Source of the DNA: Antedon mediterranea
Lineage: Eukaryota; Animalia; Echinodermata
DNA length: 64,000 nucleotides
Direction: 5' to 3'
Assembly: GCF_964355755.1 (NCBI RefSeq)
Contig: NC_092672.1
Span: forward strand, 23,821,237-23,885,236
The notes below the pieces were generated by a model. It saw nothing but the letters and a program-made list of their open reading frames with translations. It ran no database searches and had not been told where the DNA came from. Numbering within the stretch: the stretch's first letter is position 1; each line of letters starts with the position of its first letter. The position numbers and the translations under genes are program-made. Shown here piece after piece: positions 10,453 to 23,097 of this stretch.

Positions 10453-13303
10453 AATGTGATTGTGGCCTACACTATGCTGTCATTCACAGTACGCATTAAC
10501 CTCAACAACAGTCACTGATCGTTTTATATTTTAGTACATATATAGATATAGATATCACATACCAGTTCATAAATCACATTTAGTCCAAAAATATCATAAC
10601 CAGCAACTACAATTGAAAAACATTTATGTCAACAAGAAAAGCAACTTACAAATATATTAATAAACAACTTCACTTAACAGGTCTGCCTCATTATTTAAGC
10701 CCTTGTCATGGCACACAACAAAGCGGCAAGTACGCCACCAATATTTTGGAACGTAAGTGATAACAGTTATCAGACATTCAAACACTTTCCGTTTATTTAA
10801 GTGTTGATATACTATTTGTTAGCAAAGTGTATTTAGAAGTGATAGTGAGTTTACAGTAGGCCTGTAAAGATGGCCTATGATTGTGTAAATGCTATTTTAG
10901 GAAACTAATGCAAACTTTATGTCTGTTCTGTTATACTACTAGTAGGCCTACTTTAACTAAAATCATTGGTAATGTTTGTCTTGCTAAAAGATGTTGCTAG
11001 TAGTTGTACTCAAAGATGTATTGTCCCACAAAAACATGAAAAATGAAGATTAATTAAATCAGACTTTGAATAGGTTATTTTGTAGTTTTAATAAAGTTAA
11101 TCACTTCCGTAGAAAAAAAAATGTTTTCACTTATAAAATAACATAATAAATGGTTAAATTCAACCAAAAATCCATTGGCTGGCAGCCAATTTGACCATTT
11201 TTGCTTAAATACATTTTTTTAGATCCAATTTATCCAAAAGTGGATAACTATCATGTGACATTAAATGGCATATTGAAAAAGTTAAAGTTAAAAATTATTT
11301 TTCAGGGGGGACAATACATCTTTAAACGAAATTTCCTAGGTTTAATCAATTTAGTAGGCCTAGTAACCATATGGTCGCAATAAAGTGTATTTTGATTGTA
11401 TGAGCATTAAGCGATTGATTATTCAAACTTTCGCTTGTCATTTAATTTAATTTAATTGTCATTTAATATTTAATTTTAATTGGTTAAAACAACGAAATGA
11501 ATGTGCTCACCCCCACAACTAACGTATGCACTATTTTCTATAAATCGATAACAGGCCTATCAGAAGTAAAATAGGCATACAACTTATTTTTCTAAGCATG
11601 CAATTTGGGTAAAAATACACACAATTTTTCAATAAAAATAGGTAGTCTGTGTAAAAAATAATATAAAAATATATTAGTTGTTAAGGTTTTTTTTAAAATT
11701 GTTGTAATATTGTTTATGGGGCCCTCAAACGACAACAAAACATAATAATGGCATAAAAATGGCAAGAGGCATTAATAAAAAGATTAAAATGTAGGGCTAC
11801 AATAAAACAATGTTAAAAATTGGATTAATTAATATAAGTCATTGCAGTTATTTCCCAGGTACGTACTTCTCAAGATCCAGGTCATAGAATGTAGAGTCGC
11901 CCACCCTTCTTCAGCAGCAGCACACGTGTGTGATGGCATGATGGCTCATCAAAAAAAGTTGTCAAAATGAAACATGTATTTATATGGCCCGTGAACATGT
12001 TGTTACGTTTGTTACCGGTAATATTTTATGGTAATTAATAATTTATAGAACAGTGAATGTTAGGAAAAAATGGCGAAATAAATGTAAGGGTACACTCAGC
12101 TACTAAACTATAATTAGGCCTAGGCCCAGGACTAGGCCTATTAGGCCTAGCATAGGCCTATTAGGCCTAGCCTAGGCCTAGGCTAAATACTACGTACTAG
12201 CTAGGCCTAGCCTAGGCCTAGCTAGGCCTAAGTGTCTGTAGGCCTACTTATGTAGGGTGATGTAGGCCTAAGGCTATACTAATAACTGCTTTCTCTAGGC
12301 CTAGGCCTAAATACTAAATACTACTAACTAGGCCTAGGCCTAGTGTCTGTCTATAGGCCTAGGCCTACTTACTTATATGTAAGTTGATGTAGGCCTAAGG
12401 CTATACTAGACAAAAAGCGTGCTAGAGTAATAGATAGGAGGAGGAACAGGTAAGGCTGGACCAGGCCTAGTACAAGTTATAGGCTTGTAGCTAGCTAGAT
12501 ACTGTTTAGGCATAGCCTAACTAGGATCATCATAATAGCAGTTTTCATATGGAATTACGGAAAAAGGTTAAAGGTTTCAAGATGGTTTTAGGCCTGGGGT
12601 TAAACCATATAATATTTATATTATAAATAAAGGAAGTAAATTCATTGGTTAGTGTTCATTAAATATCTTTGTATCAAAATTGATTAAATTCACAGCGTTA
12701 ATGAATGGTGGCACAGAATAGTTAGCTCTTGTTAAGAAAGCTAAATGTAATACTTTACTCTCTGTCCAAATTAGCTATTAAATCAAATCAACATCACAGG
12801 CAGAATGGCAAAGCATACCAGGTACACACACACTCACATTCCTATTTTTCTAAGGACACAATTACAACTCCTCCACTCCCAAAGACTTGTAATAAGACTT
12901 TGTTTATGTAGAGCATCTTGTATATTTGTTTGTCTTGTGAACCTAGCTCTGAGGGTCCCTAATGATCAGCAATTGCTGGATGGATCACCCTCATTAAATA
13001 TGGTTTTAAAAAAATATTAAAAACTGTAAATCAAGAAAAACAACATAAAAAAGTAAGTCACAATGTGTACATCATCATCATTTGTCAGCTTATTGATCAT
13101 GTCATCTGATTAAAATTTACTATTAAAATTGTTGTTTGATTGTTGAAGTATTTGGCCCTTTAGTATTCTGGGTATGTTGAGGGTTTAAAATAAGATTTTA
13201 ATGCAACGTAAAAACAATGTAATTGCAGTATACCATCAAATTATTTTCTGTTTTATTATTAATGCAAACATTCTTTTATAATTATATAATGTCATTTTGT
13301 CAG

Positions 13304-16300
13304 GTTTAATCCATTGCATATAATAACAGATGCAATGGTTAAAACAACGGTGTGTACACCAGATGCCAGTAACAAAGAAATGTTGAAAGAAACAACGCAG
13401 GATATTTGTAAGTATTCACTTTATTCAGATACATGCTACAACCAAAATAGATGAATTATTTATATTTTTTAATTTATTTTTATAATTATTTAGGCAAATT
13501 GCCAAGGATAACCATAAGCGAATTAATTCACTATCCTTCTTAAAGGTAGCAATCCTGTTCACAAGATAAACATACACAATATTATGCTCTACATAACAAT
13601 AAACAAAGTCTTATTACAATTCTTTGGGAGTGGAGTTGTAATTTGTCATTAGAAAAAATCCTGACATGGACATGGACACAGGACCCTTGAATTGGTAGCC
13701 AAGCATCATAACTACCAAGCCACAACTTCACTCCAAATTTAAAATTCACCACTGACTGACTGTCACAACTTGTTTTTTTTTTTTTTTTACCAAATAATTG
13801 TTGTTCTTATATCATGTCATTGTAAATCAATTTAAAAGACACTCTAGGTTTAATATTTGGGTGACAATTTGCGACTAGTTCTTGCACACACTTTGATATT
13901 TCATAAATGCATGGAGAAAACAACTACCATATAAACATACAAGGTGTTTAAATTCAATTTGAGGATAAATTAGTTTTTTAATTATTGCAACAACATCATA
14001 CAAATGGTTTCAAAGTTTCTATGCTTTTAAAAAACCAATGTAACTGTGTAAGAAATAAAATAATATATACATGATTTTATTAAGATTTTTTAATTTAAAA
14101 GCTTTAGACATGTATCAGGATGCTGTCACTGATGTCACAGTTAAACAAATGTTGAAAAGTCCACGTCATACAGAAGGATACACACCAAGAGCAGGAGCAT
14201 CAAAGCAGGAAACAAACTCTGGTAAATAATTTTAATGAAAGTTAATTCAAATTTACTTAAAATTTCTTTATTGTTATTGTAATCTGCTGTAAAATAAATT
14301 AAAAAGTATAAACATAAAAAGCACAAAATACCAATCAATATAAAATTGGTACAAAAAGAGATTCTTTTAAATAAATTTCATATAAAAGTTTTGATAAAAG
14401 ACTTTATACAGCATTTTGCTGTGATTACTGCTGTGACATTTGAATTCAAATAGAGAATACAAAAGGTACACATATTATAATGATGATGGCAAATTGGATC
14501 AGGTTGGAATCGACAAAAAATGATTCATTACACTAACCTTTGTTCTTGCCAAGTTAATTTGATTATAAAGCATAATGATGAATGCTAATACATTATGCTA
14601 TTTATAACAAGATAGTATCATCTTTAATTATATCATCACATTTTTCAGATAGTAGACCTGAGAAAGAGAAAAACCCCACAGGAAGCCAAATTTGCTGAAA
14701 CATCAACAAGTTCAAATCCAATGCCAAGTCCACAAAAAGAGGGTAAATATTTATTTTGAAATGTGTTTGATTGTGCTGTTCATACATTTTAATGATATCA
14801 GAAATAAAGACTAAAGTGCTAAATATTGAAATGATTAAAGGAGCTGAAATTTAATCATAATCATCAGTGTCTGCTAATGAACATATATTATCTTGCAAGT
14901 TACTTTGACAGTTAATACTAATATTTGTATATTTGTATTTGTATTGTATTGTATTTGTATTGTATTGCATTGGAAATACTTTTTCTTTAAATAAAAAAGT
15001 TATAGTTGGTAATCACAATTGAGACCTAATGCAAGTTGTTGTATGTGTTATATATTTTATCACAACAGAACCAGTGTATGAAGAAAAACCAGAAATTCCT
15101 AAAGGGTTCAGGAACAAATTTGTAAGCAAACTTCGCTCTGCAAGAGAAGGTGGTGACTCTAAAGTAGATAGCAACAAGTTTGTTATGCATATCTGGGACT
15201 TTGGTGGTCAACCAATTTACCATGTGATACAACGGGTAAATTTTATTGGTGTATTTAATTTTTATTAATAGAGATTAGTTTTGCCGTCAATATTCAATAT
15301 ACATGCCTTCTTCTGAGCTTCTGTTAGTTTCAGTGTATACTTTGTCTTTTGGCCTTGTTACAATATGAGCACTGAAATCAAAAAGCTTGCTCACTTGATT
15401 TGAAGTTAAGAACCTATAATCTTGCTCCAATGTATTACAAAAATGTGGATCTAATATAGTACAATATGTCAGTATCAGATATAAAATACAATTATTATTA
15501 TTATTACAATATTATACATTATTTTATTCTTCATTTAATTTAATAAAGTCAACTCGGTCTCTAGTGCCTAATTACCAGAAACCAAACCCAGAATTGAGGT
15601 CAAAAGTTCCAAATTCTTTTTTACCTTTAAAAATACATTTGGAATATCAGAATTTCTGTAAACCAAGACATATTATGCCAGCCGAATGGTGTCCAGTTTT
15701 GGGAGACTTTAAGTAAAATAGTATTAATTGATGTAATATAATGTATTATTAGCAGAGAGGGATAGCAAAGAAAGAATGTAATATTAAACATTCATTATTT
15801 ATTAAACCAATGATTAAGATTGTAAATGTTTCCAAGGTTAACATGCAGTTTGTGAGGAAAACAAAAGTATCAAATAATCAGTTGTGCCAGTATACTGACA
15901 CATGTGTATAAACAGTTTGTAATATTGACTATTATGATTATGTTTACTAGATATTCATGGTATCTTATGCTGTTGTATGTGTGGTATTTAACCTGAATGA
16001 AGGTCTTAATGCCCCAGCTAAAGTTCGTGATCCAACAACTGTAAGTAGATTTTACAAATTTCAAATGTTTATGTAATTGTACATAAATAAAATGTTTCCT
16101 TCATGTTATTCTTTACCTTAACACAAACTGTGCAAATAGCAGATGCCTGATATATGATTGTTGTTATTTCCACTTCCATGATAGTGTTATTAATAGCAGA
16201 TGCCTGATATATGATTGTTGTTTTTTCCACTTCCATGATAGTGTTGTTAATAGCAGATGCCTGATATATGATTGTTGTTATTTCCACTTCTATGATAGTG

Positions 16301-19300
16301 TTGTTAATAGCAGATGCCTGATATATGATTGTTGTTATTTCCACTTCCATGATAGTGTTGTTAATAGCAGATGCCTGATATATGATTGTTGTTATTTCCA
16401 CTTCCATGATAGTGTTGTTAATAGCAGATGCCTGATATATGATTGTTGTTAATTCCACTTCTATGATAGTGTTGTTAATAGCAGATGCCTGATATATGAT
16501 TGTTGTTATTTCCACTTCCATGATAGTGTTGTTAATAGCAGATGCCTGATATATGATTGTTGTTAATTCCACTTCCATGATAGTGTTGTTAATAGCAGAT
16601 GCCTGATACTGTATATGATTGTTGTTATTTCCACTTCCATGATAGTGTTGTTAATAGCAGATGCCTGATACTGTATATGATTGTTGTTATTTCCACTTCT
16701 ATGATAGTGTTGTTAATAGCAGATGCCTGACATATGATTGTTGTTAATTCCACTTCCATGATAGTGTTGTTAATAGCAGATGCCTGATATATGATTGTTG
16801 TTAATTCCACTTCCATGATAGTGTTGTTAATAGCAGATGCCTGATATATGATTGTTGTTATTTCCACTTCTATGATAGTGTTGTTAATAGCAGATGCCTG
16901 ATATATGATTGTTGTTAATTCCACTTCCATGATAGTGTTGTTAATAGCAGATGCCTGATATATGATTGTTGTTATTTTCACTTCCATGATAGTGTTGTTA
17001 ATAGCAGATGCCTGATAATGATATATGATTGTTGTTATTTTCACTTCCATGATAGTGTTGTTAATAGCAGATGCCTGATATATGATTGTTGTTAATTCCA
17101 CTTCCATGATAGTGTTGTTAATAGCAGATGCCTGATATATGATTGTTGTTATTTCCACTTCCATGATAGTGTTGTTAATAGCAGATGCCTGATATATGAT
17201 TGTTGTTATTTCCACTTCTATGATAGTGTTGTTAATAGCAGATGCCTGACATATGATTGTTGTTAATTCCACTTCCATGATAGTGTTGTTAATAGCAGAT
17301 GCCTGATATATGATTGTTGTTAATTCCACTTCCATGATAGTGTTGTTAATAGCAGATGCCTGATATATGATTGTTGTTATTTCCACTTCAATGATAGTGT
17401 TGTTAATAGCAGATGTCTGATATATGATTGTTGTTAATTCCACTTCCATGATAGTGTTGTTAATAGCAGATGCCTGATATATGATTGTTGTTATTTCCAC
17501 TTCCATGATAGTGTTGTTAATAGCAGATGCCTGATAATGATATATGATTGTTGTTATTTTCACTTCCATGATAGTGTTGTTAATAGCAGATGCCTGATAT
17601 ATGATTGTTGTTAATTCCACTTCCATGATAGTGTTGTTAATAGCAGATGCCTGATATATGATTGTTGTTAATTCCACTTCCATGATAGTGTTGTTAATAG
17701 CAGATGCCTGATATATGATTGTTGTTAATTCCACTTCCATGATAGTGTTGTTAATAGCAGATGCCTGATATATGATTGTTGTTAATTCTACTTCCATGAT
17801 AGTGTTGTTAATAGCAGATGCCTGATATATGATTGTTGTTATTTCCACTTCCATGATAGTGTTGTTTTTCTATTCATTTGTGCTGCTAATAATAATAGAT
17901 AATTTGTCAAACTAGAACTTTAAAAATTTTAAATGTAAATTTTGTTCATTTTTTTTTATTTAGGGAAAAGTTTATGAACATCGAATGACAAATCTTGACT
18001 TCATTCTGTTTTGGATTCGTTCTGTTTTTGTAAACGTAAGAAAAGGACAAAATAACAAGATAATGCTGATTGGTACACATTATGAGAGCCTTGGTAAAAC
18101 TGAACAAGAAAGACAACAAAGGGTACATATGTCATCACATTTCCTTTTAAACAGTACAAAATTGTATATTGTCATTAATTCATTGGAAACAATATGTAGT
18201 TTCATCTCTAACATTGGCAATCATGTATGATTGTTTTATACGTCATGTCATGAGCATACTACTGTACTGTGCTGGCTTATTATTAACTAATTAACTTAAC
18301 TTAATTTTATCTTTCATTTGGATATAATAAAACAAATAAAAGGGTATACAAATATCTATGATTTAGCACACATTTTGATTTTTGTTTTCTTATATTGGTA
18401 TAATTATACAATGTACACTGGGTACGTAAATGCGTAACATAACTTAAACGAAACACTTTTTGCACTTTACAAAAGGGGTTGGGGTTGGCTAGGCACACTC
18501 TAAATCTTCCCTTGACATAAGTATAATTCAAATATGATGTTATTTATTTTAGGTAAAGGAAATAGAGAATATACTTTGGAAAGCCCTGGAAAGAAAACCA
18601 TTTGAGGACATGGTGTATCAAGGAGAGCTCTTTACCATTGAAAACAGTGTCTCATTTGAAAAGAGCGGTGCTTCTAAAATCATCCTCAAAATACAAAAAT
18701 TAGTCCAGATGATGATTCTTACTTTTCCAATTAAATGGCTGCAAGTACTGCTGGAAATACAACAGTTACGAAAAGCCAAACTATATCTACCAACATCTGA
18801 GGTTAGAATAAAATATCTTTAACAGATTGATTGATGAATGTGTCTTTTAATGTTTAACATCCATTACATTTAAAGCAATAAACCCTGTTTTTCTGAGTGT
18901 TGCATTGAATGGTGTTAATTATAGTGAAAAAAAGCATTTGAAATTGTGTGGGATACAAGTTGGTTATTGATAGTAATATAACAGTAATCCCTGCTTTTCT
19001 GTCTGTGTTAATTGACTGTTTATGGTGAATCTTCAACAAATGAGTGTTTGAAGTGAATCTTCAAACAGGAACGGTGCAATTTTAGTAGAGTACCAAGTAC
19101 CAAAACAAAAGGAACATTTTTTGTCCTCTAATAATTATTGAAGTAAGTGGTGAACCTTGAGTTTACTGTTGGTTGGGAATTCAGAATTCAAATCTACCCT
19201 TGCATGATAAAGTATTATGTCCTATATAAACAACCTTTCAACAACGAAATGAATGACAACATCAACAGAAAACCAGTTTGTAATTAATCAGCATTTGTTT

Positions 19301-22300
19301 TTTCATTACATTTTTCATTATGATATTTATTTAACTTTTAGATTAATGATTTACTTGCTCGTTGTAAGATAACTGACAGAAAACTGTTTCTTGAGTACTT
19401 GCATGACATCGGCGAAATTCTGTTCTACCCAGATGACAAGATCCTCAAAGAAAAAATTGTTATAGATTTGATGGGAGTAGTTGACAAGTTTAAAACAATC
19501 ATCACAGTTATAGATCCCAGCATTCAGGTTAGCAAACTTCACTTCTTTGAGTGGTGTCAATCATTGGTGAATATCAGACGTAAACATTGTGGTAATTTTT
19601 TTTTAGTGTGATGCATTTACCTGCAAAAATGTAATATCTGCCACACAGAGAACGAAATTATACCTTATTATTTCTATTATATTCTAATAAACATATTACT
19701 GTAGCACTCCCATTAAGGGAAGACCCAACAAAGTGTCCCCTTAATAGAGGTTAGCCATGGTCTTAATCTGTCTCTCTTTTATTTCACAAGTAAGTTTTAA
19801 TAAGGTTTAAGGGAAGGCCCAACAAAGTGTCCCCTTAATAGAGGTTAGCCATGGTCTTAATCTGTCTCTCTTTTATTTCACAAGTAAGTTTTAATAAGGT
19901 TTAAGGGAATGCCCAACAAAGTGTCCCCTTAATAGAGGTTAGCTATGGTGTTAATCTGCCTCTCATTCATTTCACCAGTAAGTTTTAATAAGGTTTAAGG
20001 GAAGACCCAACAAAGTGTCCCCTTAATAGAGCTAAGCTTCAATAAGGTTTTCTCAAAGGAGAGGTTCTACTGAAGAGAAGAATAACAATTACTTTGTTGC
20101 ATTAACAAATTACACTTTTGTGCTTTTATGTTTTTTAGCCATCTCTGAAACAGCTTTGGAGAAATTTAAATGGGGGAAAACTGGATGAAAGACTGTTGCA
20201 GCATATTTGGAAGGATGATTCAGATGAGATGATTATCTTCTTTGTGTCTCTCATGCAAACCTTTGGGTTAATGTGTGAAAAAAGGAGTAAAGAGGTATTT
20301 ACATTTTATTTAACATTTTAGTTTAATTATTTGTTCATATATTCTATCTAGGACTCATGTTCCATTTTTGTTTCTTTAGAAAGTTGGACGAATGTTCTAT
20401 GTTCTTTCACGCCTAAAGCCCCAACGTGATGATACAAAGGCTGCTGAATATGAAGAGAAGCATGCTATTTCTCTCTTTCATGACTTTGATGGCTACCTTC
20501 CAGATGATCTCTTCCAACGTGTTGCAACTAAATTTATTGAGGAATTTCAAATGGAAGATGTTGAGCCTACATTATCTTATGAGCATGTAGAACTGAATGT
20601 TGATGGCCATCATCTTGTGCTTCTAAATGTTGCTACTATTAACAACCGTCGTTTGTTCCAGGTAAAATAATAATAAATAGTTTTATTCAATTCTACTCAA
20701 AAGTCTATTATTTCGACCAAAAAACAATGAGGTAAAAAAACAATAATGACAAATAATGGATGACGGCAGAATCCAATGAAGATGAAAATGTTTAAAGAAT
20801 TGATTTGTTTTTTATATTGAAGACAACAATTGTCAGAACGACAATCATGAACACAGAATCAGGAAGCAGCTCTCCTGAAGATGATGATCCACATCCTAGC
20901 ATCTGTAAGAAGGTAAGCCAGTATCAAACATTCTACACTTTATTTAGAATTACCTCCAACTTGTTGCTTTTACATCTTTCACAAGCACAATTCTATTTAC
21001 ACAATTAGCCATTAGAAATACTGATATATGCCTCTTAATTTGTTCCTTTTTAATTGTTATTGCATTACTGTTACAACTTTATTTATTTTTCAGGTGCTTA
21101 GTTTCCTTCAAAAAGAATTACACTTTTTGAGTGAGAAGAATGCACATGGTGTTAAAGTAAAGATGTACATCCCTTGTGTGTGTGCTTCAAAAGGTGAACC
21201 TACTCATATGCATGTTGTACGCAAATTTGACAAAGATGTGTTGCCATGTGGAAGCAGAGGAATGGAAGTGAAACGTTACCGTAATCTGTTTGGAGACAAT
21301 GTCCTATCAAAGGGTAAATTATTATTTGTGTTTTTATTGTTTAAGATCGCATGAAGCCTAGGTAGGATGTTGACGAAAAATGAATAATATATACAATCTT
21401 GCAATAATGCATTGTTATTTTTCTCTAGGCTAAAACTACAAAATCACTTTAACGGATTTGTAGAAATTTAACACAAAAAATTAACATATACTTACCAATA
21501 TTTGTTCCTTTCCAAAATGTCAGATATACGTGTATATATCAAATAACTTATAGTATTATGCCCTAAATAATAGTTTCAAAAATGCTGGTTTCAACTGATA
21601 GATGTATTTTTGGGCAAAGTTCATTTCTCTATTTGTTACTATGCCTTGAGACCCTTGTTGTAAATGTATGTATCATTTGTGTCTGTACACATTAGAAGCT
21701 AGATAAAATTACAAGATTTACAGTACGCATTTTGTATGATTTTCAATTCATAGTGAAAGCCTAAATATCTGTTATTATTTAACCTTTTTTTTCCAGAGGA
21801 GTCCATTGAAGACAAGTATGTGAATAACATTGGTAAATATGACTTTCACAGATTCAGACGTATTTCGTATCATAATATATTAAATACACTTCTACTAGTA
21901 AGCAACTACTACATAGGCATTGGATGCAATATCAAATATCTATTTGCAAATCTCATAGGATTTTTATATTTTTACATCTGTTATTGAAATAGAATTAATA
22001 TCACTTTCATAGCATACAGTGTTAGTACCTATAATCACTTTCATAGCATACAGTGTTAGTACCTATAGTCACTTTTATAGCATACAGTGTTAGTACCTAT
22101 AGTCACTTTTATAGCATACAGTGTTAGTACCTATAATCACTTTCATAGCATACAGTGTTAGTACCTATAATCACTTTCATAGCATACAGTGTTAGTACCT
22201 ATAATCACTTTCATAGCATACAGTGTTAGTACCTATAATCACTTTCATAGCATACAGTGTTAGTACCTATAATCACTTTCATAGCATACAGTGTTAGTAC

Positions 22301-22516
22301 CTATAATCACTTTCATAGCATACAGTGTTAGTACCTATAATCACTTTCATAGCATACAGTGTTAGTACCTATAATCACTTTCATAGCATACAGTGTTAGT
22401 ACCTATAATCACTTTCATAGCATACAGTGTTAGTACCTATAATCACTTTCATAGCATACAGTGTTAGTACCTATAATCACTTTCATAGCATACAGTGTAT
22501 TTCAGAAATACATTGA
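13304..22516 (+). CDS. Roco-family Roc-COR domain protein, multi-exon; 5' end and last exon uncertain
   Basis: Exons: 13304-13407, 14108-14221, 14653-14742 (in frame only from the second AG of cagatag), 15069-15235 (HIWDFGGQPIYHVIQR, Roc G3), 15951-16040 (VVCVVFNL), 17964-18122 (FWIRSV..IMLIGTH, G4), 18553-18801 (FTIEN; FPIKWL, start of COR), 19342-19527 (FLEYLHDIGEILFY), 20139-20294, 20380-20661 (FDGYLPDDLFQRV), 20823-20912, 21094-21313, 21797-21832, 22506-22516 (stop). GT-AG boundaries with consistent phases. Confidence 0.8.
13655..13732 (-). repeat. Degenerate tRNA-derived (SINE-head-like) sequence
   Basis: Minus strand reads GTGGCTTGGTAGTTATGATGCTTGGCTACCAATTCAAGGGTCCTG, resembling a tRNA 5' half with an A-box; B-box decayed. 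Confidence 0.35.
16136..17867. repeat. Intronic minisatellite, 57-bp unit, ~30 copies
   Basis: Unit AATAGCAGATGCCTGATATATGATTGTTGTTATTTCCACTTCCATGATAGTGTTGTT, lying between Roco exons 15951-16040 and 17964-18122. Confidence 0.97.
19698..20072. mobile_element. Decayed Tc1/mariner/pogo-type MITE with an internal ~94-bp tandem repeat (~3.5 copies)
   Basis: Ends TACTGTAGCACTCCC / GAGAGGTTCTACTG resemble TACAGTAGAACCTC-type termini; the AAGGGAAGACCCAACAAAGTGTCCCCTTAATAGAG unit recurs at ~19715, 19809, 19903 and 19997. Confidence 0.55.
22001..22497. repeat. Intronic minisatellite, 34-bp unit, ~14.5 copies
   Basis: Unit TCACTTTCATAGCATACAGTGTTAGTACCTATAA, ending just before the acceptor at 22505. 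Confidence 0.97.
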
Positions 22517-23097
22517 CGATGAAATACCCAAGGTTATCAAACCTTCAGGTATATAGCATTATATTGTGATTCCTGCCATTAAATAGTATAAAAATAATGA
22601 ATGTTTATAAGTACAATGGCACAAAAAATTTATGAGGTGAAAATATATAAATATTTTCATCTTTCACCTAAGAAAATATTTTTACTATTTTTACCTTTAC
22701 TTTTAATGAAAGGAAAGGCCTAAATCATTCAAATGGTTGATCCAACGTGGTCATTCAACTACAACCTAGCCTCTTGTAACTTGTGGTTGCTCACTCACCG
22801 TGTAACAAAAACAAACATGCAAAACTAAATTGCAGTACTCTTGTGCACATATATCAACATTGCACTCTCAATGACGTCTTTAAAAGAGCAATAGCACATT
22901 TTAATAAAATATAACTCACAATTCTCCAAATGGATTAAGAATCTTCTTAGGTGTGTTATAAAGGTTGTGTTGGTTTATTTAATTTATTCCGATATTGTTT
23001 GTATTAATATTTTTATTTGAATTTGTTAATTGACACAAAATTATGTTTATTTTCTATGGACAAATGATTCCGAAATAAAAGATTGAATGGAATTGTC

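Noticed and set aside
16069-17854. 409-aa and 169-aa repeat ORFs on the minus strand
   Set aside because: They are translations of a 57-bp intronic minisatellite antisense to the Roco gene, with no unique sequence.
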